Assembly: GCA_965223545.1 (NCBI GenBank)
Contig: OZ245006.1
Coordinates: 6,848,001 to 6,912,000 of the forward strand
Length of the DNA: 64,000 bases
Direction: 5' to 3'
Source of the DNA: Planctomycetota bacterium
GTDB taxonomy: Bacteria; Planctomycetota; UBA1135; UBA2386
The stretch's first letter is position 1. Each line of letters begins with the position of its first letter. The notes under the pieces were generated by a model. The model worked only from the letters and a program-made list of their open reading frames with translations, searched no databases and was not told where the DNA came from. The position numbers and the translations under genes were made by a program. Below, piece after piece: positions 1 through 8,729 of the stretch.

Positions 1-1480
1 GTTTTCAGTCGAGAACAGCCGTGAGGGTATTGACCTTCTGCTGCGCCGTGCACAGGAAGGTGCCGAGGGTCCGGTGAGCTTCGTGATGGAACCAACGGGG
101 TTGGCGTGGCTGCCCATCGCGGCGCACGTGAACGCCGCAGGGTTCCAGATCTACGTGAGCAAACCACAGAAGCTGAGCGACCTGCGGAAGTTCTATAGCA
201 AGCACACCAAAACCGACGTAGTAGACGCCGAGGCCGCTGCGCGTCTGCCGCAGATGGATCCAAAGGGCGTCCACCAGCTGCGTGTTCCAACTGCCGACGA
301 GACGACGATCCGTCGACTCGTGAAGCGGCGTGAGCGGTTGGCGCGCGAGCTCAGCGACCACAAGCGTCGTGTGCACGCGATACTGGTACTGGCGAATCCC
401 AGCCTCATGAAGGCCTTGGGGGCAGAGAAGTTCAGTGCCGCTAAGATGGGGTTTCTGCGGCGCTACGTCGATCCGGTGAAAGCGGTCGGCCTTGGGAAGA
501 GTCGCTTGGAGCGCTTCTTGACGAAGCGATCCAAGGGAACGCATGACCCGTGCTTGGTCGACCGCGTGCTCGAGTCCTGCCGACAGGCCGCCGAGTACTA
601 CGCTGAGCTGCGAGCTGCGGGGCAGATGCCGTTCGACTACGAGGCCATCCAAGAGGATGTGGTGTACGAGCTGGATGAGATCGAGCGCAAGAACACGGAC
701 GTTCGCAAGCTCGACGCAAAGATCAAGAAGCTCTACCTGGGCGTCGATCCTGACCGAACACTCGAGCAACTGCGCGGCGTCGGTCCCACGATCGCTGCGG
801 CCATCGAAGCCTTGGTAGGCGACATCGCGCGGTTCTCGAACGGCAAGAAGTTCGTGAGCTACTGCGGACTGTGTCCACGCCGGAAGCAGACGGGCATGAG
901 CGACCCCTCGATGCCAATCACCAAAACCGGCCAACGAGTACTCAAGAAGTACCTCTACCTAGCAGCTGACGTCGCTCGCCAGTGGGATCCGGATTTCGCG
1001 GCGTACTACGCTCGCCGCTACGCCGCAGGTGATCACCACAACCTCATCCTCATCGCATTGGCTGGCAAGATGGCGCGCCGCGTCTACGCCCTCCTGAAGC
1101 GTCGCGACAGCCAGCGCGCCGATGACAAGCCGGCGTCGACGCAAGTCCGCTACGTCCTGCGAGACGCCGACGGCAACGAGCTCACGAAGGTTGCCGCGCG
1201 CGCGCTCATCGCAGCCAAGTTCACGCGCAGCATCGTCGCGCCACAGCGGCATGAGCGCGACCAACGGCGACAGGGACGAGTGGGGACTCCGACGACGAGG
1301 GACTTGAGTGGCCGCCCAATGGACGCCACAGGCCTGGCCGTGGAATCCCCACGTCAACCTCACCCGATCGGTGATCTCATGCAAGAACACTTCCCTGGTC
1401 TTGTGGAAGAGTCCTGAACAAGCCGTGCACACGCGATGTCGAGCCCCAGCGAAAACCCCTTGACATGACTTAGGAGATAT
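1..1480 (+). mobile_element. IS110-family element A (left end outside window), inserted in the 201-bp repeat
   Basis: Transposase ORF followed by a short right end with TTGACA at 1460-1465; repeat sequence (CAAACACGGAGC...) resumes abruptly at 1481. Confidence 0.8.
2..1417 (+). CDS. IS110-family DEDD transposase/recombinase (5'-truncated by window)
   Basis: Frame open from base 2; MEPTG, KTDVVDA, LRGVGPTIA, SYCGLCP..QTG, ITKTG..LKKYLY and IALAGKMAR motifs. Confidence 0.93.
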   Translation, partial: FSVENSREGIDLLLRRAQEGAEGPVSFVMEPTGLAWLPIAAHVNAAGFQIYVSKPQKLSDLRKFYSKHTKTDVVDAEAAARLPQMDPKGVHQLRVPTADETTIRRLVKRRERLARELSDHKRRVHAILVLANPSLMKALGAEKFSAAKMGFLRRYVDPVKAVGLGKSRLERFLTKRSKGTHDPCLVDRVLESCRQAAEYYAELRAAGQMPFDYEAIQEDVVYELDEIERKNTDVRKLDAKIKKLYLGVDPDRTLEQLRGVGPTIAAAIEALVGDIARFSNGKKFVSYCGLCPRRKQTGMSDPSMPITKTGQRVLKKYLYLAADVARQWDPDFAAYYARRYAAGDHHNLILIALAGKMARRVYALLKRRDSQRADDKPASTQVRYVLRDADGNELTKVAARALIAAKFTRSIVAPQRHERDQRRQGRVGTPTTRDLSGRPMDATGLAVESPRQPHPIGDLMQEHFPGLVEES

Positions 1481-1573
1481 CAAACACGGAGCGTTCCGCG
1501 ACCCGAGCGTGGGTTGCAGGTCCCGCGGTCGCCGGCGGCCGCGCTGAGCCCGGAGGCCAGTGTTGTCTTCGAG
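1481..1573 (+). repeat. 201-bp structured repeat, fragment between the two IS110 elements
   Basis: Matches the copies at 3131-3331, 24343-24543 and 46105-46311; continues at 3050 after element B. Confidence 0.93.
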
Positions 1574-1649
1574 ATGGGATGAGAGGGTCGATCCCTCCGA
1601 CGCAGTCGCCACACAATGGCGCTGCAAAATCAAAGGAGCAGATCGACCC

Positions 1650-2726
1650 ATGACCAAAGTTACCGCTCAGACCTCCCCCGTGACCATCGGTCTCGACATT
1701 GGCGATCGGAACATCCACTACTGCGCACTGGACGCGTCGCGGACGGTCGTTGCGCGGGGCAGTTTCCCGACGACGCCGACAGCGCTCTCGAAGGCGCTGA
1801 GCGACTTCCCGGGCGCCAGAGTCGCTCTCGAGGCCGGCTCGCAGTCGGCCTGGATGTCTCGGCGGTTGCGCTCGGAGGGCTACGACGTTCACGTCGTGGA
1901 CCCGCGCCGAGTGCAGCTGATCGCCAAGGATCCTCGCAAGACCGACCGGCGCGATGCCGAGACCCTGGCTCGCCTGGAGGCAGGGATGCCCGAGTTGCTC
2001 GGCACGATCCACCACCGCAGCGAGCAGGCACAGGCCGACCTGTCGGTCATTCGTGCGCGCGACCTGCTGGTGAGGATGCGGACGATGGCAGTGCAGCAGG
2101 TCCGGAGCCTGGCGAAGGGCTTCGGCGTCCGGCTGCCGTCGGCATCGACCGCGGCGTTCCCGAAGCGAGCTCGCGAGTCCATGCCGGTCCTGCTACTCAC
2201 TGCGGCGGAGCCGCTGCTGGACTTGATCGCCGACCTGTCCCGCCGGATCGACGAGCTCGACAAGGCGCTCGTCGAGGCGAGCCGCGAGCGATACCCCGAG
2301 GTCGCCGTCGTGCAGCAAGTCAACGGCGTGGGGCCGGTCACAGCGACCGCGTTCGTGCTGACGATCGAGGATCCGACACGATTCGCCGAAAGCCGCCGCG
2401 TGGGCTCCTGGCTCGGCTTGTGCCCAAAGAGCTTCGCGTCGGGCGACAGCAATCCGGAGCTGTCGATCAGCAAGGCTGGCGACGGCTATCTGAGACGGCT
2501 TCTGGTGCAGTGTGCGCACTACATCCTCGGCCCGTTCGGCAAGGACTGTGACCTCCGGCGCTTCGGGCAACGCCTGATCGCCCGCGGCGGCCGCGGCGCG
2601 AGGAAACGCGCGGCGGTCGCGGTTGCCCGCAAGCTCGCGCTACTGCTGCATCGGCTGTGGCGTCATGGCTTGGTCTACGACCCACTCCACAACAGCGACC
2701 GCGTAGCTGCCCACACCGCGGTATGA
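1650..2726 (+). CDS. IS110/IS1111 transposase (bridge recombinase)
   Basis: RBS AAGGAG; GLDIG, LEAG and KTDRRDA (DEDD); VNGVGPVTA; WLGLCP..ASG (catalytic Ser); ISKAGD..LRRLL; AVARKL. Confidence 0.96.
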   Translation: MTKVTAQTSPVTIGLDIGDRNIHYCALDASRTVVARGSFPTTPTALSKALSDFPGARVALEAGSQSAWMSRRLRSEGYDVHVVDPRRVQLIAKDPRKTDRRDAETLARLEAGMPELLGTIHHRSEQAQADLSVIRARDLLVRMRTMAVQQVRSLAKGFGVRLPSASTAAFPKRARESMPVLLLTAAEPLLDLIADLSRRIDELDKALVEASRERYPEVAVVQQVNGVGPVTATAFVLTIEDPTRFAESRRVGSWLGLCPKSFASGDSNPELSISKAGDGYLRRLLVQCAHYILGPFGKDCDLRRFGQRLIARGGRGARKRAAVAVARKLALLLHRLWRHGLVYDPLHNSDRVAAHTAV

Positions 2727-2759
2727 CCCAACCATGATCGCCCCACCCCCAACCAACCG

Positions 2760-2955
2760 AATACCGTGGAGGAACCTGGCGTGATGCCGCTCCTGCACTG
2801 CTGAAGACTCACCGCCCGATCCCGGCGACAGCGACCGGAGGCTTGGCCCTCGAGGCCGTTATCGAGAAAGCTGCGCCGGGTCGGACGGATCTCATCGTGC
2901 ACCGGTCTCGGACGAGGCCATCAGAGTGCGTATGGAAGCCTGCGGAGTCCGAAGC
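2760..2955 (+). ncRNA. Putative bridge RNA / seekRNA of element B
   Basis: 5' hairpin, then two stem-bounded internal loops whose unpaired segments match the target (2835-2843, 2862-2866) and the donor junction (2889-2896, 2932-2938); RNA ends approximate. Confidence 0.8.
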
Positions 2956-3049
2956 TTGTCGCGCAGGGCGGCGCCAAGGCGCCCAGATTCTCAAGAAGAA
3001 CAGATCCACAGACAAAGAGCTGTTGACGGGATCGCCCCTCTCATGGAAG

Positions 3050-3343
3050 CCTCCGGGAGTTGCGGTATCGAAGTCCCGGCGACGACAGGCCTTCCGAAAG
3101 GTTGTTGCCGCTCGAACATTCTCGGACCCGGAGGCTCAGCGCGGCCGAGGCCGCAACCAAGAACGGAGTATTCCGCGACCCGAGCATCGGCCGCGGGTCC
3201 GGCGGTCGCCGGCGGCCGCGCTGAGCCCAGAGGCCAGTGTTGTCTTCGAGCCTCCGGGAGCCGCGTTGTCGAAGTTCCAGCGGCATCGAGCCTTCCGAAA
3301 GGTTTTCGCCGCGCGAAGATTTGCGGACCCGGAGGCTCAGCGC
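3050..3343 (+). repeat. 201-bp structured repeat, about 1.5 tandem units
   Basis: GAGGCTCAGCGC recurs at 3131 and 3332 (period 201); nested inverted repeats. Confidence 0.95.
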
Positions 3344-4167
3344 ATCAGCGGGCTGGCCTGCGCGAAGGTCCAGCGGTTGCCTTCGGGATCGGCGGCCTCG
3401 TAGGCGCGGAAGCCGTGCTGGTGGATGTCTTTGATGATCTCTGCGCCGTGCGCTTTGGCGTGTGCGAAGTGTGCGTCGAGGTCGGCGACGTGGATGAACG
3501 GTGTGTGGGTGATTGGCGTGTCCGCGACGGCGGTGGCTTCGCGGCCGCAGAGGATGATCGCGCCATTCCCGATGCGGAACTCGATCCAGCTGTGGCTCGG
3601 GTCGTTGGGCTCGACTTCGGGGACGCTGTTTGCGGGCTCGAAGCCGAAGACATCGCGCAGCCAGCGCCCGGCGGCTGCGGGCTCGGCGTAGTGGACGACG
3701 ACGGCGAGCCGCGCCAGGGGCAACGGCTCAGGGGGGACGTGATCGCGCTTTTGGATCCAGTCGTTCAGCCAGACCGGGCTCATCCGTACCCATGCCGTTC
3801 CGCCCTTGTCCTCGCCGCCGTCCGGGATCGTGGCCTGCACGTTCACCTCCGTGCCGCCCGCGCTCATCTCGAAGCGAACGTCGATCTCGACGTCGTCCAA
3901 AGAGCTCGTCCACGCAACCCGCTTGCCTGGCTCCCAGACGGTGATGCGCGCGAGCTCGAGGCCGTCGCCCGTCTCCTCGTCGTAGACCTCGACGATCCGA
4001 CCGCCGACTCCGGGCTCCATCCGCATGTAGTACGCCCGAGCGGTGTCGAAGAAGTTGATCGGGCCCTGGATCCACCAGCGGTCGAGCTCCTTCGTAAAGA
4101 CCTCGAAGGCGGTGGCGGGATCGACGGCGACCTCGATCGATGAGTTCACTGTGCGGGGAGTGGTCAC
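3337..4167 (-). CDS. SRPBCC (AHSA1/START-like) plus VOC/glyoxalase fusion protein
   Basis: IEVAVDPATAFEVFT..WW N-domain; WLRDVFGF and YEAADPEGNRWTF C-domain; GTGA overlap with the upstream regulator. Confidence 0.85.
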   Translation of the reverse strand: MTTPRTVNSSIEVAVDPATAFEVFTKELDRWWIQGPINFFDTARAYYMRMEPGVGGRIVEVYDEETGDGLELARITVWEPGKRVAWTSSLDDVEIDVRFEMSAGGTEVNVQATIPDGGEDKGGTAWVRMSPVWLNDWIQKRDHVPPEPLPLARLAVVVHYAEPAAAGRWLRDVFGFEPANSVPEVEPNDPSHSWIEFRIGNGAIILCGREATAVADTPITHTPFIHVADLDAHFAHAKAHGAEIIKDIHQHGFRAYEAADPEGNRWTFAQASPLMR

Positions 4168-4508
4168 TTCTTCTTCCTCCGTTCGACGTGTCGCTTGAAC
4201 GAGCGCAGCTGGGCGTCCCACTCCTGCTGGAGCCGTTCCAGCCACTCGTTCACCGCCTGCATGGATTGCGGGCGCAGGCGGAAGACCCGCCCCCGAGCGT
4301 CCTCTCGTGGACGCTCGTCGGTGGCGATTCCGGCGTCGAGCAGGACGCGCAGGTGCCGGCTCATGGTCGGCGGTGAGGTCCGCGTCGCCGCTGCAAGCTC
4401 CCCCGCGCGGCGCGGCCGCGAGCCGAGCAGCTCGACGACCGAGCGCCGCGTGGGATCGGCGAGCGCGTGGAAGACGCGATCGACCGTGGCCACGGATGCT
4501 TTTACCAT
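4164..4508 (-). CDS. ArsR/SmtB family transcriptional regulator
   Basis: VFHALADPTRRSVVELL...MSRHLRVL motif. Confidence 0.92.
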   Translation of the reverse strand: MVKASVATVDRVFHALADPTRRSVVELLGSRPRRAGELAAATRTSPPTMSRHLRVLLDAGIATDERPREDARGRVFRLRPQSMQAVNEWLERLQQEWDAQLRSFKRHVERRKKK

Positions 4509-4516
4509 AGGTGGCA

Positions 4517-4545
4517 ATAATTATCAAAATCAGCAAGTATGTCAA
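4517..4545 (-). promoter_or_regulatory. Sigma70-type promoter of the ArsR-SRPBCC pair
   Basis: TTGACA (4545-4540, minus strand) followed by AT-rich GATAATTATT just upstream of the start codon. Confidence 0.55.
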
Positions 4546-4726
4546 CTCCGCGACCGCAGTGTACGCCGGGAGCGGCGCGGTGGCGGATCGATGCGACCAC
4601 CGCACATCGTGAGGATCCGACTCACGCCTCGAGGGTGTGGTCACAAGAGCGGCCACTTCGATCGCCATCCGCGATCGAGGCATGAATGCACCCTCGCAGC
4701 GACAGAGACGAACGTGTGGAGATCCC

Positions 4727-5560
4727 ATGTCCGACGACACCCTCGAGCCCCTTGCAATCCAAGACATTCGTCCCGCCAACGCGGACGCGGCCCGCACTTG
4801 GAGCAATGGCGGGCACGCCTACGACGAGATCAGCCGGCAGATTGCCGACGCGATCGAGCACGGCGTCGATCGGCTGGATCCCCGGCCGGGGCAGCGGATC
4901 CTCGATATCGCGACCGGTACCGGTTGGGCGGCGCGCCGCATCGCGGGTCGCGGAGCTCATGTCACCGGCGTCGATTTCGGCGCCGACGTCATCGAAGCGG
5001 CGCGCCGTATCGGCACGTGTGATCGCCTCGAGTTCGTGGTCGGGGACGCCGAGGATCTGCCGTTCCCGGACGAGACCTTCGATGGCGTGATCTCGACCTT
5101 TGGCGTCATGTTCTGCGGCGATCCCGAGGGCGCGGCCGCCGAGCTGGCCCGCGTCTGCAAGCCGGGCGGCAGGCTCGCGCTCACCAACTGGGCGGCCACG
5201 GGCACCGTGCGCGCGATGTTCGAGCTGATCCAGCGGTACCGGCCGGCGCCGCAAACGGCCAGGCTGCCGTCACCATTCGACTGGGGCCGGCGTGAGTGCG
5301 TCCACAAATGGCTGGGGACGTGGTTCGATCTCGGGTTCGAGGACGCCATCTCCTACTGCAGAGCGAAGGACGGAGCGGCCGTATGGGAGGCCTTCGCCGC
5401 CGGCTTCGGGCCGGTTGTCACCTTGAGTCGCCAGCTCAGCCGCGCCACGCTGGCGCAATTCCGGGCCGAGTTCGAGAGGTTCCACGATCGCTTTCGAACG
5501 GATGCCGGTGTCCTCGTGGAGCGTTCCTACGTCGTGGCGGTCGGCGAGCGCGTCGCGTGA
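4727..5560 (+). CDS. Class I SAM-dependent methyltransferase
   Basis: ILDIATGTG, VTGVD, GDAEDLPFPDETFD and ELARVCKPGGRL motifs; RBS GGAG. Confidence 0.92.
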   Translation: MSDDTLEPLAIQDIRPANADAARTWSNGGHAYDEISRQIADAIEHGVDRLDPRPGQRILDIATGTGWAARRIAGRGAHVTGVDFGADVIEAARRIGTCDRLEFVVGDAEDLPFPDETFDGVISTFGVMFCGDPEGAAAELARVCKPGGRLALTNWAATGTVRAMFELIQRYRPAPQTARLPSPFDWGRRECVHKWLGTWFDLGFEDAISYCRAKDGAAVWEAFAAGFGPVVTLSRQLSRATLAQFRAEFERFHDRFRTDAGVLVERSYVVAVGERVA

Positions 5561-5662
5561 CCCGTAGCTCACGCATGGACGGTCGAGACCCCACCAGCAA
5601 ACGCCGGTGGGTCGTTGCGGCTTGAGGACGGCCCACCCGTGCTCGATCATGATCGCGGCGCG

Positions 5663-7474
5663 ATGCCTGCCCCAGTCTTCTCCATCGTCGTGGTGCCGTT
5701 TCGGAACCTGTCCACGGATCCGGAGACCGACTACTTCGCGCGTGGCTTCGTCGAGGACTTGATCGCCGACCTGACGCGCTTCCGCGAGCTACGCGTGCTG
5801 GCTCGAGACAGCGCCTTCGAGCTGGCCTCGCTCGACAAGCCGTCCGAGTCGGTAGCACGGGAATGGGGAGCCGACTACCTCCTTACGGGCAGCGTACGGC
5901 GCCGCGACGATGGACTGCGGGTCACGACGCAGCTGGTCGGCGCCGTCGACAAAGACGTCATCTGGGCCGAGCGATTCGACGCTCCTGTCGAGTCGGTGTT
6001 CGAGATCCAGGACGCGATCACCGCCTCGGTCGCCGGCAAGCTGGCCGTCCGCGTCGGCGACCAGCGGCTCCAACGAGCGCGCAGTCGCTCGATGGGCGAG
6101 TTGCAGGCCTACGACTGCTGGCTGCGTGGGCTCGAACACCTGCGCCGCGGGACTCTCGAGGACGACGCCGAGTCGCGCCCCTTCTTTCAGCGCGCTCTCG
6201 AGATCGATCCGGACTACGCGCGGGCCTATACGGGGTTGTCCATCTCCCACTTCAACGAGTGGACGTGCCAAGCCTGGCATCTGTTCGACGAGAGTGGCGA
6301 AGGAGCGTTCCACTACGCGCAGCGCGCCGCAGAACTCGGCAGCGGCGACGCCATGGTGCAGGCGGTATTGGCGCGGGTCCATCGCTTCCGGCTCGAACAC
6401 GCCGAGGCCGACCAGCGCGCCGCGCGCGCGCTGGCGCTCAACCCCAACGACCCCAACGTGCTGATCCACATCGCGATCGCGACGCTGTTCAGTGGCGATC
6501 CCGAAGCGGCGCACGAGCTGGCAACGAGGGCGATCGACCTCAATCCGCTCCACGGTGCGTGGTACGGTGGGGTCGCCGGCTGGAGCCTCTTCATGGCCGG
6601 GGAAACCGCAACGGCTCTCCGCCTTCTCGACGAAGCCGGCGACTCCATCGTCAACTTCGCGGCCTATCGCGCCGCCTGCCATGCTCTGTTGGGCGACCAC
6701 GTCTCGGCGGCTCGCGCCTATGCCGATTTCGAGCGTGAGTATCGTGACAAGATCGCTTTCGGGCGCGCGCCCGGGCCGAGCGAGGCTCTGCGCTGGGCAG
6801 TGCAGGTCGAGCCGTTCCGCCGCCTCGAAGACTCGCGCCGGATGCCCGAGGCGCTGCGCGCCGCGGGTATCGCCGATGTCGACGTGCAAGCCGCTCTGGA
6901 CGGTCGTCCGCGCACGATGGTCCAACCCGCCGGCATCCTCAGCCCGCCCGGCAGTGTGTTCCGCAGGGACGATGACGTCTGGGTGATCCGGTTCGACGGC
7001 GCCGGTGCGCGACTGGTCGGATTGAAGGGCTTTCACGACTTGGTTCGGCTGTTGCGCGAACCTGGCGTGCCGATCCACTGCCTCGAGCTCTCAGGCGCTC
7101 CTCCCGCACACGAGTCACGCCACGACGTGCTCGACGCCGATGCCCGCCAGGACTACCGCCGCCGGATTGAAGAGTTGCAGGCCGACGTCGAGCGGGCCCA
7201 ACGCGACAACGATCCCGGTCTGACCGAACGGTTGCGTGCCGAGCTCGACGCGTTGATCGACGAGCTCACCAAGGCCAGCGGGATGGGGGGACGATCCCGC
7301 AATCTCGATCGTCGCGTGGAGCGGGCCCGCACGGCGACCACCTGGCGGATTCGCAGCGCCATCAAGAAGATCGCTTCCGCCCATCCGCGCCTCGGGCAGC
7401 ACCTCGATAACTCCGTCCGCACGGGCACCTTCTGCGTCTATTCGCCCGAGCGCAACGTGGTCTGGGAGCTGTAG
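5663..7474 (+). CDS. TolB-like N-domain plus TPR protein with C-terminal regulator-type domain
   Basis: IVVVPFRNLS..DYFARG, WAERFD, FEIQDAI; TPR helices; C-terminal ERART..IRSAIKKI..LDNSVRTG. Confidence 0.8.
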   Translation: MPAPVFSIVVVPFRNLSTDPETDYFARGFVEDLIADLTRFRELRVLARDSAFELASLDKPSESVAREWGADYLLTGSVRRRDDGLRVTTQLVGAVDKDVIWAERFDAPVESVFEIQDAITASVAGKLAVRVGDQRLQRARSRSMGELQAYDCWLRGLEHLRRGTLEDDAESRPFFQRALEIDPDYARAYTGLSISHFNEWTCQAWHLFDESGEGAFHYAQRAAELGSGDAMVQAVLARVHRFRLEHAEADQRAARALALNPNDPNVLIHIAIATLFSGDPEAAHELATRAIDLNPLHGAWYGGVAGWSLFMAGETATALRLLDEAGDSIVNFAAYRAACHALLGDHVSAARAYADFEREYRDKIAFGRAPGPSEALRWAVQVEPFRRLEDSRRMPEALRAAGIADVDVQAALDGRPRTMVQPAGILSPPGSVFRRDDDVWVIRFDGAGARLVGLKGFHDLVRLLREPGVPIHCLELSGAPPAHESRHDVLDADARQDYRRRIEELQADVERAQRDNDPGLTERLRAELDALIDELTKASGMGGRSRNLDRRVERARTATTWRIRSAIKKIASAHPRLGQHLDNSVRTGTFCVYSPERNVVWEL

Positions 7475-7601
7475 AGGACGCGTACCCACATCGTGTGGGT
7501 GGGCCTCACGCCCTCTTGGTGACAAGGCGAACGGCTGATTGCGAGCTGCACTCGCGAGCTCGAGCCGCTCGCCGCCAGACTCCAGAGTGGAGGCGTATCC
7601 G

Positions 7602-8729
7602 ATGCTACCCAACAACCTCCGGCTGTGGCTCTTCGACCGGCTGTCGGTCAAGACCATGCGTTACGTCACCGCGGTCAAGAAGGACCGCGCCCAGGGCCTG
7701 ACCAAGTCCGTCTACGACCAGATCGACGAGGACTTCTTCATCAACGGCTCGCTGACCAGCCGTTCGCCGGTGCCCGAGCTGCTCGCCGCGATCTGGACGG
7801 CGGGTCGCGAGACCATGCTCGTCGACGACGGGCTGGACCGCACCACGAAGGAGGCAATCTGCGCAGTGTTGTCGGATGCCAACGCGTGTCCGTACTGCGG
7901 CGACATGCTGATCAGTCTGGTGGACGCCGGCAAGGAGCACGACGCGGCCTCGGCGATCTACGATCGCGATGTCGAGCGGATCCAGGACCCAACCTTGCGA
8001 CGGCAGCTCGAGTGGGTCCGGGCCGTGGGCACCCCGGGCGCCGACAACATTCCGGCGAACCCGTTCACAGCGGCGCAACTCCCCGAACTCGTCGGCACGC
8101 TGATGTCGATGGCGGACATCAACCGCTACAGCCACGTCGTGATGGACGGTTCACCGGTCGATCTGCCGCTCGGTCTGCAGCGACCGGCGTTGCGGATGTT
8201 TGGCCGCGAGCTCGAGGGCACCAAGACTCGGTCGGCCGAGCCCGGTCGGGCGCTGGGCTTGTTGCCCGACGCGCCGTTGCCCGACGACCTCGCCTGGGCA
8301 GCGCCGAACCCGCGCATCGCCTCCGCGCTTGCACGCTGGACCGCAGCGGTGGAGCGAGAGACCGCTGGCGTGGTCTCGCAGGCCGTGCAGAACCGTGTCG
8401 CCGAGCAGCTGCGCGGCTGGAACCACGAGCTGATGCCGATCAGTCGCAGCTGGGCCGACGCCGCCGTCACCGGACTCGACGGTGAGGATCGCGCGATCGC
8501 GAAGTTCGCGTTGGTTCTGGCGAAAGCGCCGACGCAGGCTTCCGAGGATCTCGTCGAACCGTTCGTCGGAGGCGACCAGGAGCGGTTCGTGCGCATCCTG
8601 GCCTGGGCATCGTTCACCGGCGCCAGGGCCTACGCGAAATACGTCGCTCGGACGGCCGGCTTGGCGGCCACCGACCCGGACGAGGCGGCGGTCTCTCCGG
8701 TCGGGCTCTGCAAGGCGGAGATCGTGTGA
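7602..8729 (+). CDS. Carboxymuconolactone decarboxylase/AhpD-like protein
   Basis: LDRTTKEAICAVLSDANACPYC (CxxC) motif; RBS GGAGG. Confidence 0.8.
   Translation: MLPNNLRLWLFDRLSVKTMRYVTAVKKDRAQGLTKSVYDQIDEDFFINGSLTSRSPVPELLAAIWTAGRETMLVDDGLDRTTKEAICAVLSDANACPYCGDMLISLVDAGKEHDAASAIYDRDVERIQDPTLRRQLEWVRAVGTPGADNIPANPFTAAQLPELVGTLMSMADINRYSHVVMDGSPVDLPLGLQRPALRMFGRELEGTKTRSAEPGRALGLLPDAPLPDDLAWAAPNPRIASALARWTAAVERETAGVVSQAVQNRVAEQLRGWNHELMPISRSWADAAVTGLDGEDRAIAKFALVLAKAPTQASEDLVEPFVGGDQERFVRILAWASFTGARAYAKYVARTAGLAATDPDEAAVSPVGLCKAEIV

Larger units (their letters stand above)
1574..3049 (+). mobile_element. Complete IS110-family, IS1111-group element B (1476 bp including one core copy)
   Basis: Empty site GTCTTCG-AG-CCTCCGG is seen in other repeat copies; AG core at 1572-1573 and 3048-3049; sub-terminal IRs ATGAGAGGGTCGATCCC (1579-1595) and GGGATCGCCCCTCTCAT (3028-3044), 16/17 match; long 3' non-coding end. 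Confidence 0.95.
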
